Origin: Monocercomonoides exilis PA203
Taxonomy: Eukaryota > Protista > Preaxostyla
Direction of reading: 5' to 3'
DNA length: 64,000 nt
NCBI GenBank assembly: GCA_001643675.2
Contig: LSRY02000002.1
Span: forward strand, 992,001-1,056,000
In this document: positions 35,201 through 48,795 of the stretch, in pieces
How the letters are laid out: every line of letters starts with the position of its first letter
Numbering within the stretch: position 1 is the first letter of the stretch
Program-made: the position numbers and the translations under genes
Notes under the pieces: model-generated
The model's database searches: none
The model's input: only the letters and a program-made list of their open reading frames with translations
What the model was told of the DNA's origin: nothing

Positions 35201-38200
35201 AGAGTTTTCCTCAATCTGGTTCCTCTCCCAATCTTGTTTCATCATTTGCTCAAAATAACAACGATGGAGAATTAACATTTTCTTATCCTTTTCATTCATC
35301 TCATATTCTTCCAGTCATGCAGATCATTCTTCAAGATCTTCTAGAATTGTTTGTCCGCACGTCAGTTTCATTTGGGCGTGTTGCTGCTCTCACCACGCTC
35401 AACAAATCTCAGCTGAAAATCATTCTTTCACAGGGAATGAAGATGTTTGTAGATGGAGTGACAGATGAGAAAGAGCTCCAGCGTCTATTGCTAATCCTGT
35501 CACACAAACAATTTCAGGGATTTTACATGTCGATGCCATGGCTTTTGAGGGCATATCTTTCGCATGTGACTGACACTTTCAAATGCAAAGACGAACGCAT
35601 TCGCCAGCTGGCTCTTCGTGTGTTTCCGAGAGATTTGACTCGCTTTTGCACAAATCAGTTTACTATCAACTATCCTCCTGCTTATGCAATCTTTGATGAG
35701 GAGTACGAAGTCTTTAGAAACAGACAGAAGTGGCTTATCACTGAAGCAAATGAAAGATGCGATTTAAATAAAAATGATTCAAAAGGCGATCAACATTCAA
35801 GTCAAAGAGAATCAAGCTGCTCGCAAGAAAAGAGAAATAATGATGAATATTCAGACGCTTTTGAAGAAGACTCATTAGACTCTCTGGACGAGATATTGCA
35901 GCCTCACAATCTTCTTATTCCATACGAAACAATTTCGCAAAAAGAGATTGCTGCTGTCCGCAACAGTTCAAAAGCAAAATTGAGGAAAACGTTAATTCTT
36001 CGAGCGCTTCACATTTTGAGTATCACCCGTCTGTCAGAAGATGCATATGCTCTTCTCACTCGGACAGAATGCCCCCTGCAGCTCGTATGCCTTCTTCTTC
36101 GAGTTCTCTACTTCTGCAGCTGCTCCTTGCTTCTGACTGAGCCACAGCTTCGTGCGCTCCTCCCAATTATTTTGAGCAAGAGAAAAGAAGAGTCCACATT
36201 GGCATTAGAGATCATCGGCAATCAACTGAAAATGCGTCTCAACATTGAAGAATCATTCGTCAAGCTAGACACAGATACTTGGGAGAGGACTCATATCAAG
36301 ATGTTTGATTTAGCTCCAATGCCACGAAATCACGAAGAAGCACAAAACCTGGTTAATTTGAATATATTGCTAAAAGGAGTGTATGCATGGCCACACTCCG
36401 TTGGGGTAGTTCCATTAACATTGTGGAGGTCAAGCAAGAGTTACGAGAAAAACAAAGAATATTTGAAGCAATGGACTAAGAAGTGGATGGGGAGCAAGAG
36501 AAAGTTTGAGTCTCCGCAAAATCTGATCCCATTGCTTCACAACATTTGGAGTGCTTCAAATGAAACTCAACTCGCAAGTGAATATGAAGCAAAGATGAAA
36601 GTGGACAAAAAGGAGAGCGAGGTATTTTGCTGCAAAGATCAAAGGGAAATAACGAAAGCAGATGGAAATAATGAAATTGAAGCAGGAAGATTACCATTTT
36701 CTGAAGCAAAGAAGGAGGATGATAATGAAGGATCATTGGACGATAAGAATTGCATATCTTCCAGGCTGCATTCACTTTCTACGGATGTTTCTGATTTTTT
36801 TATTCCATATCAAAACGAATTTGATGAATTGCTGTCTTTATTGGAGATTGATAAAGTTGTTTCAGTGGTTTTTGAAGCAATAAAGAAAAAGTGCTTGTGC
36901 AGAGATCCATGTTCACCAACTGCTTTCCCTCAATCTGCATCTCCATTGAGCTTTAATAGCAATACAGAAAAACTGACTGCTCAAAAATCACCTTCTAATT
37001 CGTTGTGTGAATCTTTTGATCACTCAGAGAACAATTCATTGAAATCAACAACTCCATTAACAAAATCAAAAAATCTCAATACACAAAATATTCAAAGTGC
37101 AGAAACAGCAGATTCACCATTAACTTGCATTTTTGAATCATCTTCACCTGCATCAACAAATTTGCCTTTGACTGGCTATAACTCTTTTTCAGATAACTCT
37201 CGTGGATTGTCATTCTCGCACTCTCCTCCTCTTCCCAAAACTTTAGAAGACCATTCTTTGTTCTTGCAACTTCTACTAAATTTGATTGAAAGAACCTCAT
37301 ACAATTATTGCGTTGAAAAGCATAAAAATTTGCGAGAAATCATTTTTTATTGTGCAAAAAAGGAAGTCAGAAAAAGAACAAATTTGCTCAAAAAAGGAAG
37401 CTCGATAAATGAAGTGATGGATATTGCAAATAACGATAAGGTTGATCACATCAATCTTTCAAACATGGAATATGAACATGAGAAAACGGAGAATCACTCA
37501 GATGAAGATAATTACACTCATAGAGATAGGAAAAATTCGATTTCTGAGGAAGAAGCAAAAATACGATTTCTTCGAAACGAAGAAATTAGATATATCAATT
37601 TTGCAATCTTTGACCCATACTTCCGTTTCTTTCAAAGAGACTTTGAAACATATATTTTCACTTACAATTCGCAATTAACTGGACGTCTCGTTAAGCTTTC
37701 GTTAAGCGAGCAAACGTCCTTGTCAAAACTTGCTCAATCAGCATCCTCACCCACAATTGCACAGATGGAGCAACAGTCCAGTGAATCTCTTCGGAAGCTG
37801 CAAAACTGTGAAAGTCTAATAAATTCGAATTCAAATGCTTCTGATTATTCTTCACTTTTATCTGCACTTACAACACAATCACTCTGCAACCGCGAGAATA
37901 ACCGCAACTTAACAGCAGCAACTTTACTTCATTTCTTTTCTCTTAAGTCGAATAGTTCTCAGTTTATATTTATTCTCACATATGTGGCTTCTGCTCATTC
38001 GAAAGAAGACGCAATTTTGAAATACTTTGCACAGAACTTTATATGCTTTTGCTTGTCGTTGTGTGGGTACGCATTCTTTCAGATCTGGCTGCCTTACCTG
38101 GACGACATTATTTCAGAGGAGAAAATCAGCCAGTCGGAAAATGCGGCATTGTTCTCAATGTTTGTCACAATTTTGCTTCGAAGCGGACCATTGTGCAACT

Positions 38201-41200
38201 TCGACGAGTGGATGAAGATGAGAGATGCGATGAAACCGCTCATTGTCCAAGCAACGTATGGAATGGGGTCGAATTTTGGGTATTTGCTTCGGGCATTTGA
38301 GAAAGGGCGCTCAACTGGAGATATTCGCTTTACAGCATGGCTGACAGAGCTGTTTATTGCTCCAATTATTTACGTCCCAAAGATGACAATCACAATGAAG
38401 ACACAGGTTAGTGCTTTGGCGATGGAAAAAAGATACCAACAAGTTCTGAAAAACAAATATGACAAGCAAAGCGTAGAATCAAATGAACGAAATAGCAGTC
38501 AAACACAGCTATCTCCATCGAATAAAATACTTTGCAAGCCAACTTCAACACCTTTTTATCAGCAAAAACAGTCAACATTGGAAATTGCTTCACAAACAAA
38601 TGAAAACAATATTTTGTTTGATTCATTTGATAATCCTCCACAAAGCATTGTTGAAGCAAATTGGTTTGATCACCGTCCATATGATTCACAATTGACACCA
38701 GCGAAAACACCTCTTCGGATTGATTCAGCTTCATTCCTGCCAATCACCGAATATCCATATAACCACATTCAGAATCTTATTAAACTTTGGAATTCAATAA
38801 AGATATCTCATAAAGCCGAAGCAATCAAAACGGAAGTAGAAAAGGAGAACGATGAAGAGTCCGATCAAAGTTCTTTCAAAACTCTTCTTGAGGTTGCCGA
38901 GCGAAATGCAGATGAACCAACAAAAATTAATGCACGGCCTTCATCATCATCATCATCATTAGAGATTGAGCCGGCAATCAAAGACAGAGTCATTCATTCT
39001 TTGGAATCCGATGATGAGACACTGTTTGGCTTATCGCCATCACTGGAGCAGAAGCTGATGAGAGCATGCCGTGTTCTTCTGAAAATGTTCAGCACAACTG
39101 GAATGGTCCATTCAGCAATTCCAACAATGCTTACTCGCTTGGACAATCAAATCCGCTTCGTGCTGTCAAATTCAGCAGTAATTGTGTCTCAATTAATTCA
39201 AACAACACAAGCACCGCTGAGGCGTTCTACAAAATCATGGATTGATTCAAATTGTAGCAGGGCCAGGAGCAATTGTCATTTGAATTTAACAAGAGTTCTC
39301 GAAAAGTCAATCACCTCGAATGAACCTTTTGATAATGAAAACAACAGTATTACTGTAAATTCAACAAAAGAAGAAAATGACGAAATCCACAGGCCACAAA
39401 AATCTGAATCATTAGAATCAATTTGCTCAGTTCCTTTATTTATGGACAAGGCATTTGAAATGCGAATAGATCAAATGAACCGCAATGTATTTTGGGCATG
39501 TTTTCATGTTGATTGCATCAGGTCTTCGAATATTTCTCATTTATCTTCATCACCCTCTTCTTCTTCTTCTAATAATAATAATGACTACGTATCAATGCAA
39601 CTGTGCTCATTGATTACAAATTCCCCGAGATCTCCATCTCCTTCTCTTCCTGCTCTTAACGAAGTATTACCTTGGATTCAGAAAACTACTGTTGGAGATG
39701 TAAGAACGATGATAAATTTGGAAGGTTGTGGACCATTGCACGATGATGAATCAGATATTGGGCAACCTGTGAATGATAGCATAGAAAAAGAAAAGACCAA
39801 TTTAATAGGAAATACAACAACATCAACTGAGAAGCACATTAATTACCCGACTTCTGATTCTGAAACGATTAATCCTGGAACGACTGTTATTGTTGATCCT
39901 CTGTTTAATGAATCAGCTCGAATAGTTGCATCAAAAGAGAACTTTTATGTGGATGATGGATCAGCAGAACTTATCTTTGGCTGGATATTTGAAATGATGA
40001 AGAGGCTAAAAGAAAACTACATAGATGCTATTTGCGAAGAAGAAGTGATGAAAACAATGGCAGGCGAGGAACTTATTGAAAAAACGCAGCAGGCACATTC
40101 AAAGCCGAAGACAAGCAAAAATGGCAAAAAAACAAAAGAATTGGATTCTTTGTTGATTACCTCATTAAACGCACAGAATCCAGAAACTGATACACCTCTT
40201 TTCGATGATGAGAAGATACCTTCTTTGGATCAATTTTTACCTGAAACATCTTTCAGGAATGATTATGTTGAGCAATTGAAACAGATATTGCTTTCTTCTA
40301 CAGAGCCATTAACACTTCCCGAACCACTTACAGCAAATACAAACAATTCAGCTTCCGTGGAACTGCCACTTTTAGATGAAAAAGTGGTTGCTCTTTCATC
40401 AGAAGAATCTGACATTTCATCACTATCCCCTTCAGTTAGCGTGCAGATACAAACTTTTTCTGCAGGAAATGCTTCTGTTGATTCAGCGACTCATCAATCA
40501 ACAACCCCAGTTTCAACGGTTAAACACAAATCGTATGTTGCTGAGGTTCTGTCAAATGCTCAATCACACTTCGAGACAAACCTTCATTCGCAAACATTTG
40601 GAGTGGCAAAAGATGCGCGCTTGCTGCAAATGAATCATTTTCTCGAGTCAGTTAATATTATCATCTCAAATCTACTCCTCAGAACGCAAACATATCGCAA
40701 CGTACGATATCTGATGCCTCTTCTGAGAAGCGTTGCGTGGACGTGTGAAATCGACGATAGCGAACTCAATAGATATGGCAGAGAAATAATAACTTATATT
40801 TGCATTGTTTCACACAGGAAGCAAGATGTGCAAAATGTGCTGTTTGACATTGTCACTGCTGTAGAAGAAGAGGCATGGAATTGGCAAAAGGAAAAGGAAG
40901 CAGGAAAAATGAAAGCCAAAAATAAGCTTTTTGGAATGTTCAACCAGAACGCTTCTGAAGTTGCGACCGACAAACAAAGCGTTAGTCAATTGCCTGATGA
41001 GAAGGGTTTCCATTCAGTTTCTCCTCCTCCTTTTGATCAGGATTCTCTTTCAAAACATTCCCGATCTGTTTCACCTGCTCTTTCGCATTTTGCTTCTCCT
41101 TCTGCTTCTGCTTTGTCCTCGTTTGTTGGAATAGATGAATTTGATGAATTGAGAAATCATTTAATTTCTTATACTCTTCCTTCTTCATTCCAACTTGCTT

Positions 41201-41811
41201 ATTTGCATGCTTTGCCTTGGAAATCTGCATCTGCCTTGTTGCTTTTTGTTTCTTCCTTTTTCTCTTCCAATTTTTATTTCGATCTTGTTGCCCCTGTGAC
41301 AATTATCTGTTCAGCGATGCTCACACACAGAAGGATTGAGGTACGGAGCAGTACACAATCATATTTTATCTTTTTGTTCAGCGGATTTGCAACCAACGAG
41401 CAGCTGACAGCGCTTGTGGATTACTTCTACAAGCTAAGCACAGTTGGAGATCAAGAAATTCAGAAGCACAAAATTGCTTGCAAGGAAGCTCGAAGCAATT
41501 CACAGAAAAAACCAAAACTTCATCTCGAAGAAAGGACATTGTCAAGAAGACATGGCGGTGTGCTGGGGCTTTCTGCTGCTATCAAAAGCTATCCGTTTGA
41601 AATCCCCCCTTTTGCACCTTCAGCGCTGATGCGCCTTGCCAAGCTGACTGGATCGGAAGAGCCAGAGATTGTTCGCAAGGAAGCAAAAGAATGCCTCCAG
41701 GACTTCTGTCTCAGCCACCGTGATGCTTGGGTAGATCACAAAAAGCACTTTACAGAAGATGAGCAGGATATTTTGGAAGGATGCGCCTATGGTCATAACT
41801 ACTTTTCATAG
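29300..41811 (+). CDS. PSME4: Proteasome activator PA200/Blm10 (PSME4-like), multi-exon, ~3900 aa; 5' exons approximate
   Basis: The C-terminus RRHGGVLGLSAAIKSYPFEIPPFAP...VRKEAKECLQDFCLSHRDAWVDHKKHFTEDEQDILEGCAYGHNYFS is the typical PA200 C-terminal domain. Upstream exons carry DMNNQSAAKYAFKII..PIID and LRTLLTCYPIE, which resemble PA200 motifs. GT-AG introns at ~30197-30262, ~32480-32748 and ~32887-33030. Confidence 0.85.
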
Positions 41812-42193
41812 TACTTTTTATTAGTTTAAAATTTTTTAAAATTCATTTGATTTAACTTTGCGAATGCTTTTTTAAACGATTTCAGTTTTGAAAACTAATG
41901 TGAAAATTGGGATTATAAATACTTTTCCTATTCGATCATTTTTGATTCAAATGAACAACCGTTCGAGAATTGGAGCGATTGTTTTCTTTTCCTTTCCTTT
42001 TTTTTCAATTTTGAAATGTCACTTGGCAATAAAAAGTTTTATGTTTTAACAATATTTTTTATAAAACGAATGTTTTTGCTGTAATGATTTTAACTACTTA
42101 TATTACACTTATTTGCCAAAAATACACAAATAAATGATTCGAAATGAGCTCAAAAAAAAAAGAATTGAAAAATAAGTTTAATGCGTTTCTTTT

Positions 42194-44395
42194 TTATTCT
42201 TTCTTTTCCTCGGATGCAGCCTTTGCTTCTGCTGCTTCCTTTTCAGCTTGGGCTTTCAACTTTTCCTCCTTTTTCTTTCTTTCCTTTTCTGCTTTTTCAG
42301 CATTCTTTTCTTTGCTTTTCTGGATTTGAAGAGCTTTCAAAGCCTGTTTTTTAGCAGTTGCCTCTGCAATTGCTTTCTTCTGGTCGACCATTCCAATCTT
42401 CTCAAACAGCTTTGCGTCTGAGAAGTTGATCGGGCGATTGAACTGAATTGCACCAAACTTGCAGAACTCAACATATCGCTGCTCCTTCGGAACATTGAGC
42501 CTATCAAGAACATTCGCCGCAGCTGAAGGAATGAACGTGAGCAGCAGTGTGGATGCCACTCTCAGTGCTTCGCTCATCACACACAGAATCGTGTCCAGAC
42601 GTGGCTTCTTTGTGGCTTTGACTTCATCGCTGTCTGTCGCAACGGGCTTCAGCTTCCAAGGCTCAGTGCGCTGAGCATACCCGTTTGTTGCTGTCAGCAC
42701 CTCCAGAATGGCCAGCACAGCTGCCTGTGTGTCGACTTCTTGCATGGCTGTGTCGACTTTAGCAGCAGCATTGTTCATGAGCGTGATCAGATTCTGCTCA
42801 ATCTCACCCAGCTCAACAGGAGCAGGCACAATCAAAGAAGGATTGAGCGTCTTTGAAATGCAGCGGAGAACAAGATTTCCCAGCGAATCAGCTAAATCAC
42901 TGTTGACCAAAGAGGTCATTGTGTGATCCGAAAAATCGCAATCAATCGAAATATTGCTGAAAGACATTTAAAAAATCAAAAATTTTAGAATTTCAGAAGA
43001 GAAAATAGTTTTTGAAAAAAGTTTCAGACCTTTCTTTCATCAAGATGTATCTGAATGCATCGCATGGATACGTTCCTCCGATCTGCTTCAAAGTGTCATC
43101 AATGTCAAATGCATTTCCAGCAGATTTTGAAATCTTCATTTTGTTCTTTGTCCACCACCCGTGCACAACAAGTTTGTAATATGGTTCCAGTCCCAATCCA
43201 AGCAAGAATGCAGGCCAATAGATTGCATGGAACTTTATGATATCTTTTCCCACAAGATGGATATTTGCTGGCCAAGTGGCAACAGCCTGCTTCGATGGGA
43301 TTGGAAGTGGTGCAGACGAAGATGAATCACCTTCACTGCTTTGCGAACTTGTTGGGGTTGCTGAAGAAGGACCTGCTGATTTTGAAGGTGCATCAAGCGA
43401 CTCGGAGTCCTTGGCATATGAAAAGTTATCGGGATATCCACATGCTGTAAGGTAGTTGGTGAGAGCGTCAATCCACACATAGATTGTGTGATCAGGATCG
43501 TCTGGAACCGGAATGCCCCACTTCACAGTCTTTCGGGAAACTGACAGGTCGAAGTCCTCGATGTTCTCCGGATGCTTATCCTGCTCTGCTATATCGTTCT
43601 TTAGCATCGCTATGATTTCGTCTCGGCGGAAAGCAGGAACTATAAATGAAGGATGCTCCTCAATCCACTTAACCAGAGGAGCCCTAAATGCTGAAAGTCT
43701 AAACTTGTAGTTCTCTTCTGAAAGCCATTCAACTGGACGATCTGAATCAATTGTGCGCTTTTCTGTTCGTCCTGTTTTTGGATCAACAACCACATCATGA
43801 ACGTTAAGTGCTGTTGCAAAAGCTTCATCTGATTTACAATACCAGCCCTCATATTTTCCTTTATAAATGTGCCCTGCTTCTTTAAGTTTTCTCCAGACGT
43901 GTTGTACTGCACGAACATGATCATCGTCAGTAGTTCTAATGAAGCGATCAGGCATAATATCAAATTGTTTGTAAAGAGCGCTAAATTCCGCAACCATTTG
44001 ATCACACCAAGCCTTTGGAGAAATGTGCTTTTCATCTGCTGTTTGCCCAACTTTTTGACCATGTTCATCTGTTCCCGACAAAAAAAAGTTTGGAATTTTT
44101 CTAAGATCACACCAACGTTTCATTGAATCAGCAAGCAATGAAGTGTACAAATGCCCAACATGCGGTGCTCCGTTCACATAATAAATGGGTGTGGTAATAA
44201 AGAAAGGTTTACAGGGAATTGGCTTAAGTTCATATGATTTTTCTTCGGCTGAAGATTGTTGCGAAGAACTTGGTTTTTCTATTGTTTCTGTAATGGTTGG
44301 AAATAAACGGTTTAAAAGTGTTAAAGCGAATGCACATAAAAAATTTCATAATTTATAAGTCTGCAACACATTAAAAAATAGAACAAACCAGACAT
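42194..44395 (-). CDS. metG: Methionyl-tRNA synthetase (MetRS1 type), 3 exons
   Basis: FITTPIYYVNGAPHVGHLY (HIGH-like), GTDEHGQKV, YEGWYC, DLSVSR..VKWGIPVP, IYVWIDALTNY, GKDIIKFHAIYWPA, KISKSAGN (KMSKS-like), LADSLGNLVLR. Introns 44288-44388 (ATG 44395) and 42957-43029 splice in frame. Confidence 0.95.
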
Positions 44396-44647
44396 CACTG
44401 AGCACTTCAATAAGAAAGGTTATCAAATGCAATTTATGGGAAGTTGATATTTTGAATAATTGCAGACATTTAAAAACTAATATCACACCGCCTCAAGTCA
44501 TCTTTTTTTGCTCTTTTCTGTTTAACCATATTTAAAATTTATAATATTTCATAATTGAGATTTTGAGTTGCATTGTGTGCATAAAGTTTTCTGATTTTGT
44601 TTATAATGTTTAAGTTGCGTTTTATATCAATATTGAATTTAATTTTC

Positions 44648-45082
44648 ATGGATTCATTTTGTAATTTCAATACAGTCATTGCTTTTTAAAGAAAAACTTG
44701 AAATTTTATGAACTTTGTTCAATGAGCCAAAGCACTGATGCAAATTTTTTATCTTATCAACAATTTTGGAGAATTATTGCAACAACCAAAACTCCATCGG
44801 AATTCAAGGGTATGTTAAACATAATTAACGCTTTATCTTCAAAATTTTTTGTTAGCTCAACAAGAGTCAAGATCGACAGAAATAGTTGCATTTGAAGAAG
44901 AAAAGACACAGTCATCACAAACATTTTCACATCAGAAAAAAAAGACTCGAAAATTACCTGCTGCTGTTCAAGAACGTATGAATGCTCTAAATAAACTTCT
45001 GGAACATGTTCAAGCGAAAAAAGAATCTGAACGAGAACAATTAAACGAAAATGAGCAAAATTCTGAAATTGATTCCACTTAG
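44648..45082 (+). CDS. Small hypothetical spliced protein
   Basis: ORFs 44698-44895 and 44849-45082 join in frame across GT-AG intron 44810-44855 (FK|AQQES). Start is uncertain. Confidence 0.5.
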
Positions 45083-45875
45083 CAAATTGATCAAGAAAGA
45101 GAATGGAAAAACGAAGAATTAATTTTTACAAAATCATTTGGATGAAATTTTTTTCAAATAAAATTTTTTTTTGTTTGAGGAAGGCGATTAAAATTGCGGA
45201 TTGTTTTATCTCTTTCCCTTTATAGGTCTATTTCTTTTGCTTATGTGGTGTATATTTGCAAACAGATAATTTGATCATTTGTGTTTTTAATTTCATAAAT
45301 TTGGAATATACTTTTTATGCAAATTTAAAAAAATCTAATAGTTAATATTTCAGAAGTTCATAATTGTAAAAATGAACAAATTAGTGCTTTTGAATTAGTT
45401 TTCTTTAAAAGATGAAAAACAAAGATGAAAGAAATAATCTGAAATGCTTTTTTTCTTTCATCTGTTTTAAAAAAATCCAGCATTCAAAGTTCCACTCAAA
45501 GAACAAATATATCAAAAAAATAATTTCCAGCATTCAAAGACATTGTAACTTCATTTCGCTTCTGCTCATTTGGTACGCTAAATTCATGGGGGAAAAAAAT
45601 ATTAGATTGCTGAAATCAGATATTATATCTCTGTGAAAAAAATCATACGTATTTGCATAAAACCATATTGATATTCTTTATTCACACAAATGTGATTTAC
45701 CAACAATGCGAGTGAATGAATGCTCATTTTTGCTGTGGGGAATAAACTTTTAGAAAATTGAACAATTTTTGGAAATTATCCAATCGATGAAAATCGAAAG
45801 AATTTCTTGATTATATACAGAAGCTGATGTTTCATTTAATATGTAATAAACTCTTTTGTCTCCTTTGTAAAGTCA

Positions 45876-46720
45876 TCAATCGAACAAATATCCATTTCCT
45901 CCATCAATGATTTTTGTTGCTTCTTCAACAAGGCATTTAATTTCTTGCTTCATATCATTCAATGGATAGCAAAAAGTCGCTTCTAGCCTCCTCCTTACGG
46001 CTCTGAGACTAATTGTGCGGCTTTCAACATCCTTGATAAAAAAATTACGAAATTTTGATTTTTGGTAATTTACTATCGTTAATCATACCTCAATGATTAT
46101 ATCAATAATCTTTTCCAATAATTGTTCACTAGAAGGCTTCTAAATAAGTTTTTAAGTCAACATTTAAAAAGGAAAACAGCAAACTGAAGTAAGAGGAGCT
46201 AATGCAGTTTCAGGTTTCCTCAAACGATCAAAAAGAAAATGAGGAATTTGTAATTGTTGAAGCATTTTTTCTGCTCCTCCAAAATCTTTGACGAAAATCA
46301 ATAGATAAAGTTTAATGTGAATGCTAAAAGTTTTCTATAAAATTTCTTTTCAAGCACACTCTCATCTTGTTCAATTTTCAAGTCATCTTCCTCTCCTTGA
46401 AACGAATCCGTTTTTTGTAAGAATTGTTTTTTCTGTGATTCTTTCAAAGAATTCCATATAGTTATAATTCCGCTTGCAATGCGCCTGAGCGGGAATTTTT
46501 CTTTACTAAAATGCTTCAAAAGAAGTGGAAACTTTATTTAAAACAAAACAAAGACTGAATATCACAAAAAGGATAACAATATATTAGCATTCACACTTCA
46601 TTTTTAATACTGATAAGAAAATTTAAATCTGGAACAAGTTGAGATTTAGAATTATCGTAAAGAGTCGAAGAATATGGTGATGAAGTCCGCAGAAAGGATA
46701 AAAAATGTCTTTGTTCCATG
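45876..46720 (-). CDS. DEK C-terminal-domain protein (possible HMG-box-like N-terminal part), multi-exon; boundaries approximate
   Basis: Spliced PSSEQLLEKIIDIIIE|DVESRTISLRAVRRRLEATFCYPLNDMKQEIKCLVEE resembles DEK_C. Upstream LRRIASGIITIWNSLKESQKKQF resembles HMG-box helices 2-3. Confidence 0.55.
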
Positions 46721-46894
46721 TGAAATAAAAAGAATTCAATTGAATATATAGAGTTATTTTTTTAATAACAAAAATATCGGTAATTCCTCAAAAAAATGAG
46801 TATTTTCAATTATTGAACCATAAAATTAATTTTTCCATAAGAATCCAATTATTATTTCAGATCACAATAAATCATTTGCTTTTTGCGTTTATAA

Positions 46895-47584
46895 ATGTCG
46901 CAAGCAGATGTTCCAGATATAACAATACGAGAAATGGCTAGCTTTGTTTCATCACGCTTTATTGGGTATTTTGGAAATGAACTTATCGCAGACTGTCAAC
47001 TTCACTCAAGGCTACAATCATTTTATGAATTTTTGAGGAATATAACAAGATTCAACTTGATAGAGTTTTTTCATTCAATTTATTTAATAATGTTAATTAT
47101 AAAGGAAGATTCAATTTCATCTGATGAATCGTCAAAAAGTTCAACTTTGCCTCAGTTTCATGTTGTGAAGACAACAAATATTGGAACAATTTTGCTTATA
47201 TCAGTAATGTTATCTTTGAAAATGTATCGCGACTATCCTCCACGAAACAGTTATTTTGCGAAAGAACTTTTATTGCCTCTCGAAATTATAAATCAATCTG
47301 AAAGTTCATTTTTAAAAAAAATCCAATACAAACTCCATCCTTTACCTAATGGTTTGCTAGGTATGATTCAAGATATTATTTTGATAGGAGAACCAAAGAA
47401 ATATTCAATGGAACAAGCTATAAGATGTCCAAAAGATTACACAGGATTTCCCTATATTTTGCATATTCCAAGATCATATGAGTTGAAAAATGATTGTTTT
47501 GATTTTGGAAAATTTCAACAGCAAGAAAGAGATACCCCATCTCCAGAATTTAAAACAAAATGCGCATCTCCAAAACTTGATTAA
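46895..47584 (+). CDS. Cyclin-box protein (PHO80/cyclin-P-like), intronless
   Basis: NIGTILLISVMLSLKMYRDYPPRNSYFAKELLLPLEIINQSESSFLKKIQYKL; homologous to 16816-17442. Confidence 0.75.
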   Translation: MSQADVPDITIREMASFVSSRFIGYFGNELIADCQLHSRLQSFYEFLRNITRFNLIEFFHSIYLIMLIIKEDSISSDESSKSSTLPQFHVVKTTNIGTILLISVMLSLKMYRDYPPRNSYFAKELLLPLEIINQSESSFLKKIQYKLHPLPNGLLGMIQDIILIGEPKKYSMEQAIRCPKDYTGFPYILHIPRSYELKNDCFDFGKFQQQERDTPSPEFKTKCASPKLD

Positions 47585-48795
47585 AGCAATAAAGTCACAT
47601 AATTTAATATCTTAATTGTATTGCTACAGTTGTTTAAAAATTTGATCCGAAGCTATTTTAGTACTTATGTGCTTGACATTCTGTTAAGTGGGCTGGGGTT
47701 TTTATATTTTTCGTTGTTTTTATGTTTCAACACAGTTATGATTTATTCATTTTTCTGTTAAAGTTATTTCACTTTATTAGTGTGTTTTTGAATTGATTTT
47801 TGGTTTATGAGAAATCTTGATTTTTGTTAATAGTATTATTTTGCAATGACTATTAGTTTACGTTGGATTAATGCTTGATAATTTTTGCTTTTTATACTTA
47901 TTTATATTTTAACGTTTTCATTTTCTAATTTTTTCGTATGAAATTCGAATGCGAATAACATTGTTGCTATTGATATGCTTGAATACATCAAAATGTATTG
48001 CATGAATAGTATATTCGAAATTGCATCTCAACGATTTTTCAAGCAAATATTCAATATTATGTTTCATTGTTATTCATCCATTTATTTATTGGAAAAGATT
48101 TTTTGATTCTTATTTAAGTTTCAGTTTTTAATCTCTAACATATATTCTCCGTTTTATTATTATTTAATTTGATATGTTAATTTTTTTATTTTTTTTATCT
48201 TTTTAAAGTTGTATAGCAAATTGTTTGCAAGAAGAGCTTCACTCATTTTGTTCTTCTTTTAATGATGGTGCTGGAAGAATTATTATAACATATTTTAAAT
48301 TTCATTTTGATTTTCGTTTCAAAAACTTAAATTCAATATGAATTTTATGCTTTTAAAAAAAAGTTTTTTGTTTTAAAATTCATAATTTCTGTTTTCAACG
48401 AAAAATGGAAAACTATAAGCTGTAAATAATTATTAAATTCGAAAGGTAAAAAACATTTGTCTCTCTAACTCCAGAAATACCCTCAAAAGTACAAGTGTTT
48501 ATAAATCAAAAAGCTTTAAAAAGCTCAAGTTGATTACTCATTAATATCGTACTTATTATTCATTGTGAATTTCGGGGGAAAATCCCGCAAAAAAAAGATG
48601 AAATCAGTACAACTGTCTTGTGAATCAAAATTTTTAATAACTCATGTATTAATTCTTCAAACTACATAAAAAAAAAACAAGGAAGAGAATGCAGCCCATT
48701 TATATTTTGTTGCACGTTTTCAACAAAATCTCATATTTTGAAGCAGATATGCAAACAGAAATACTCAGATTTCTCAACTTTTGACAAATAACGTC

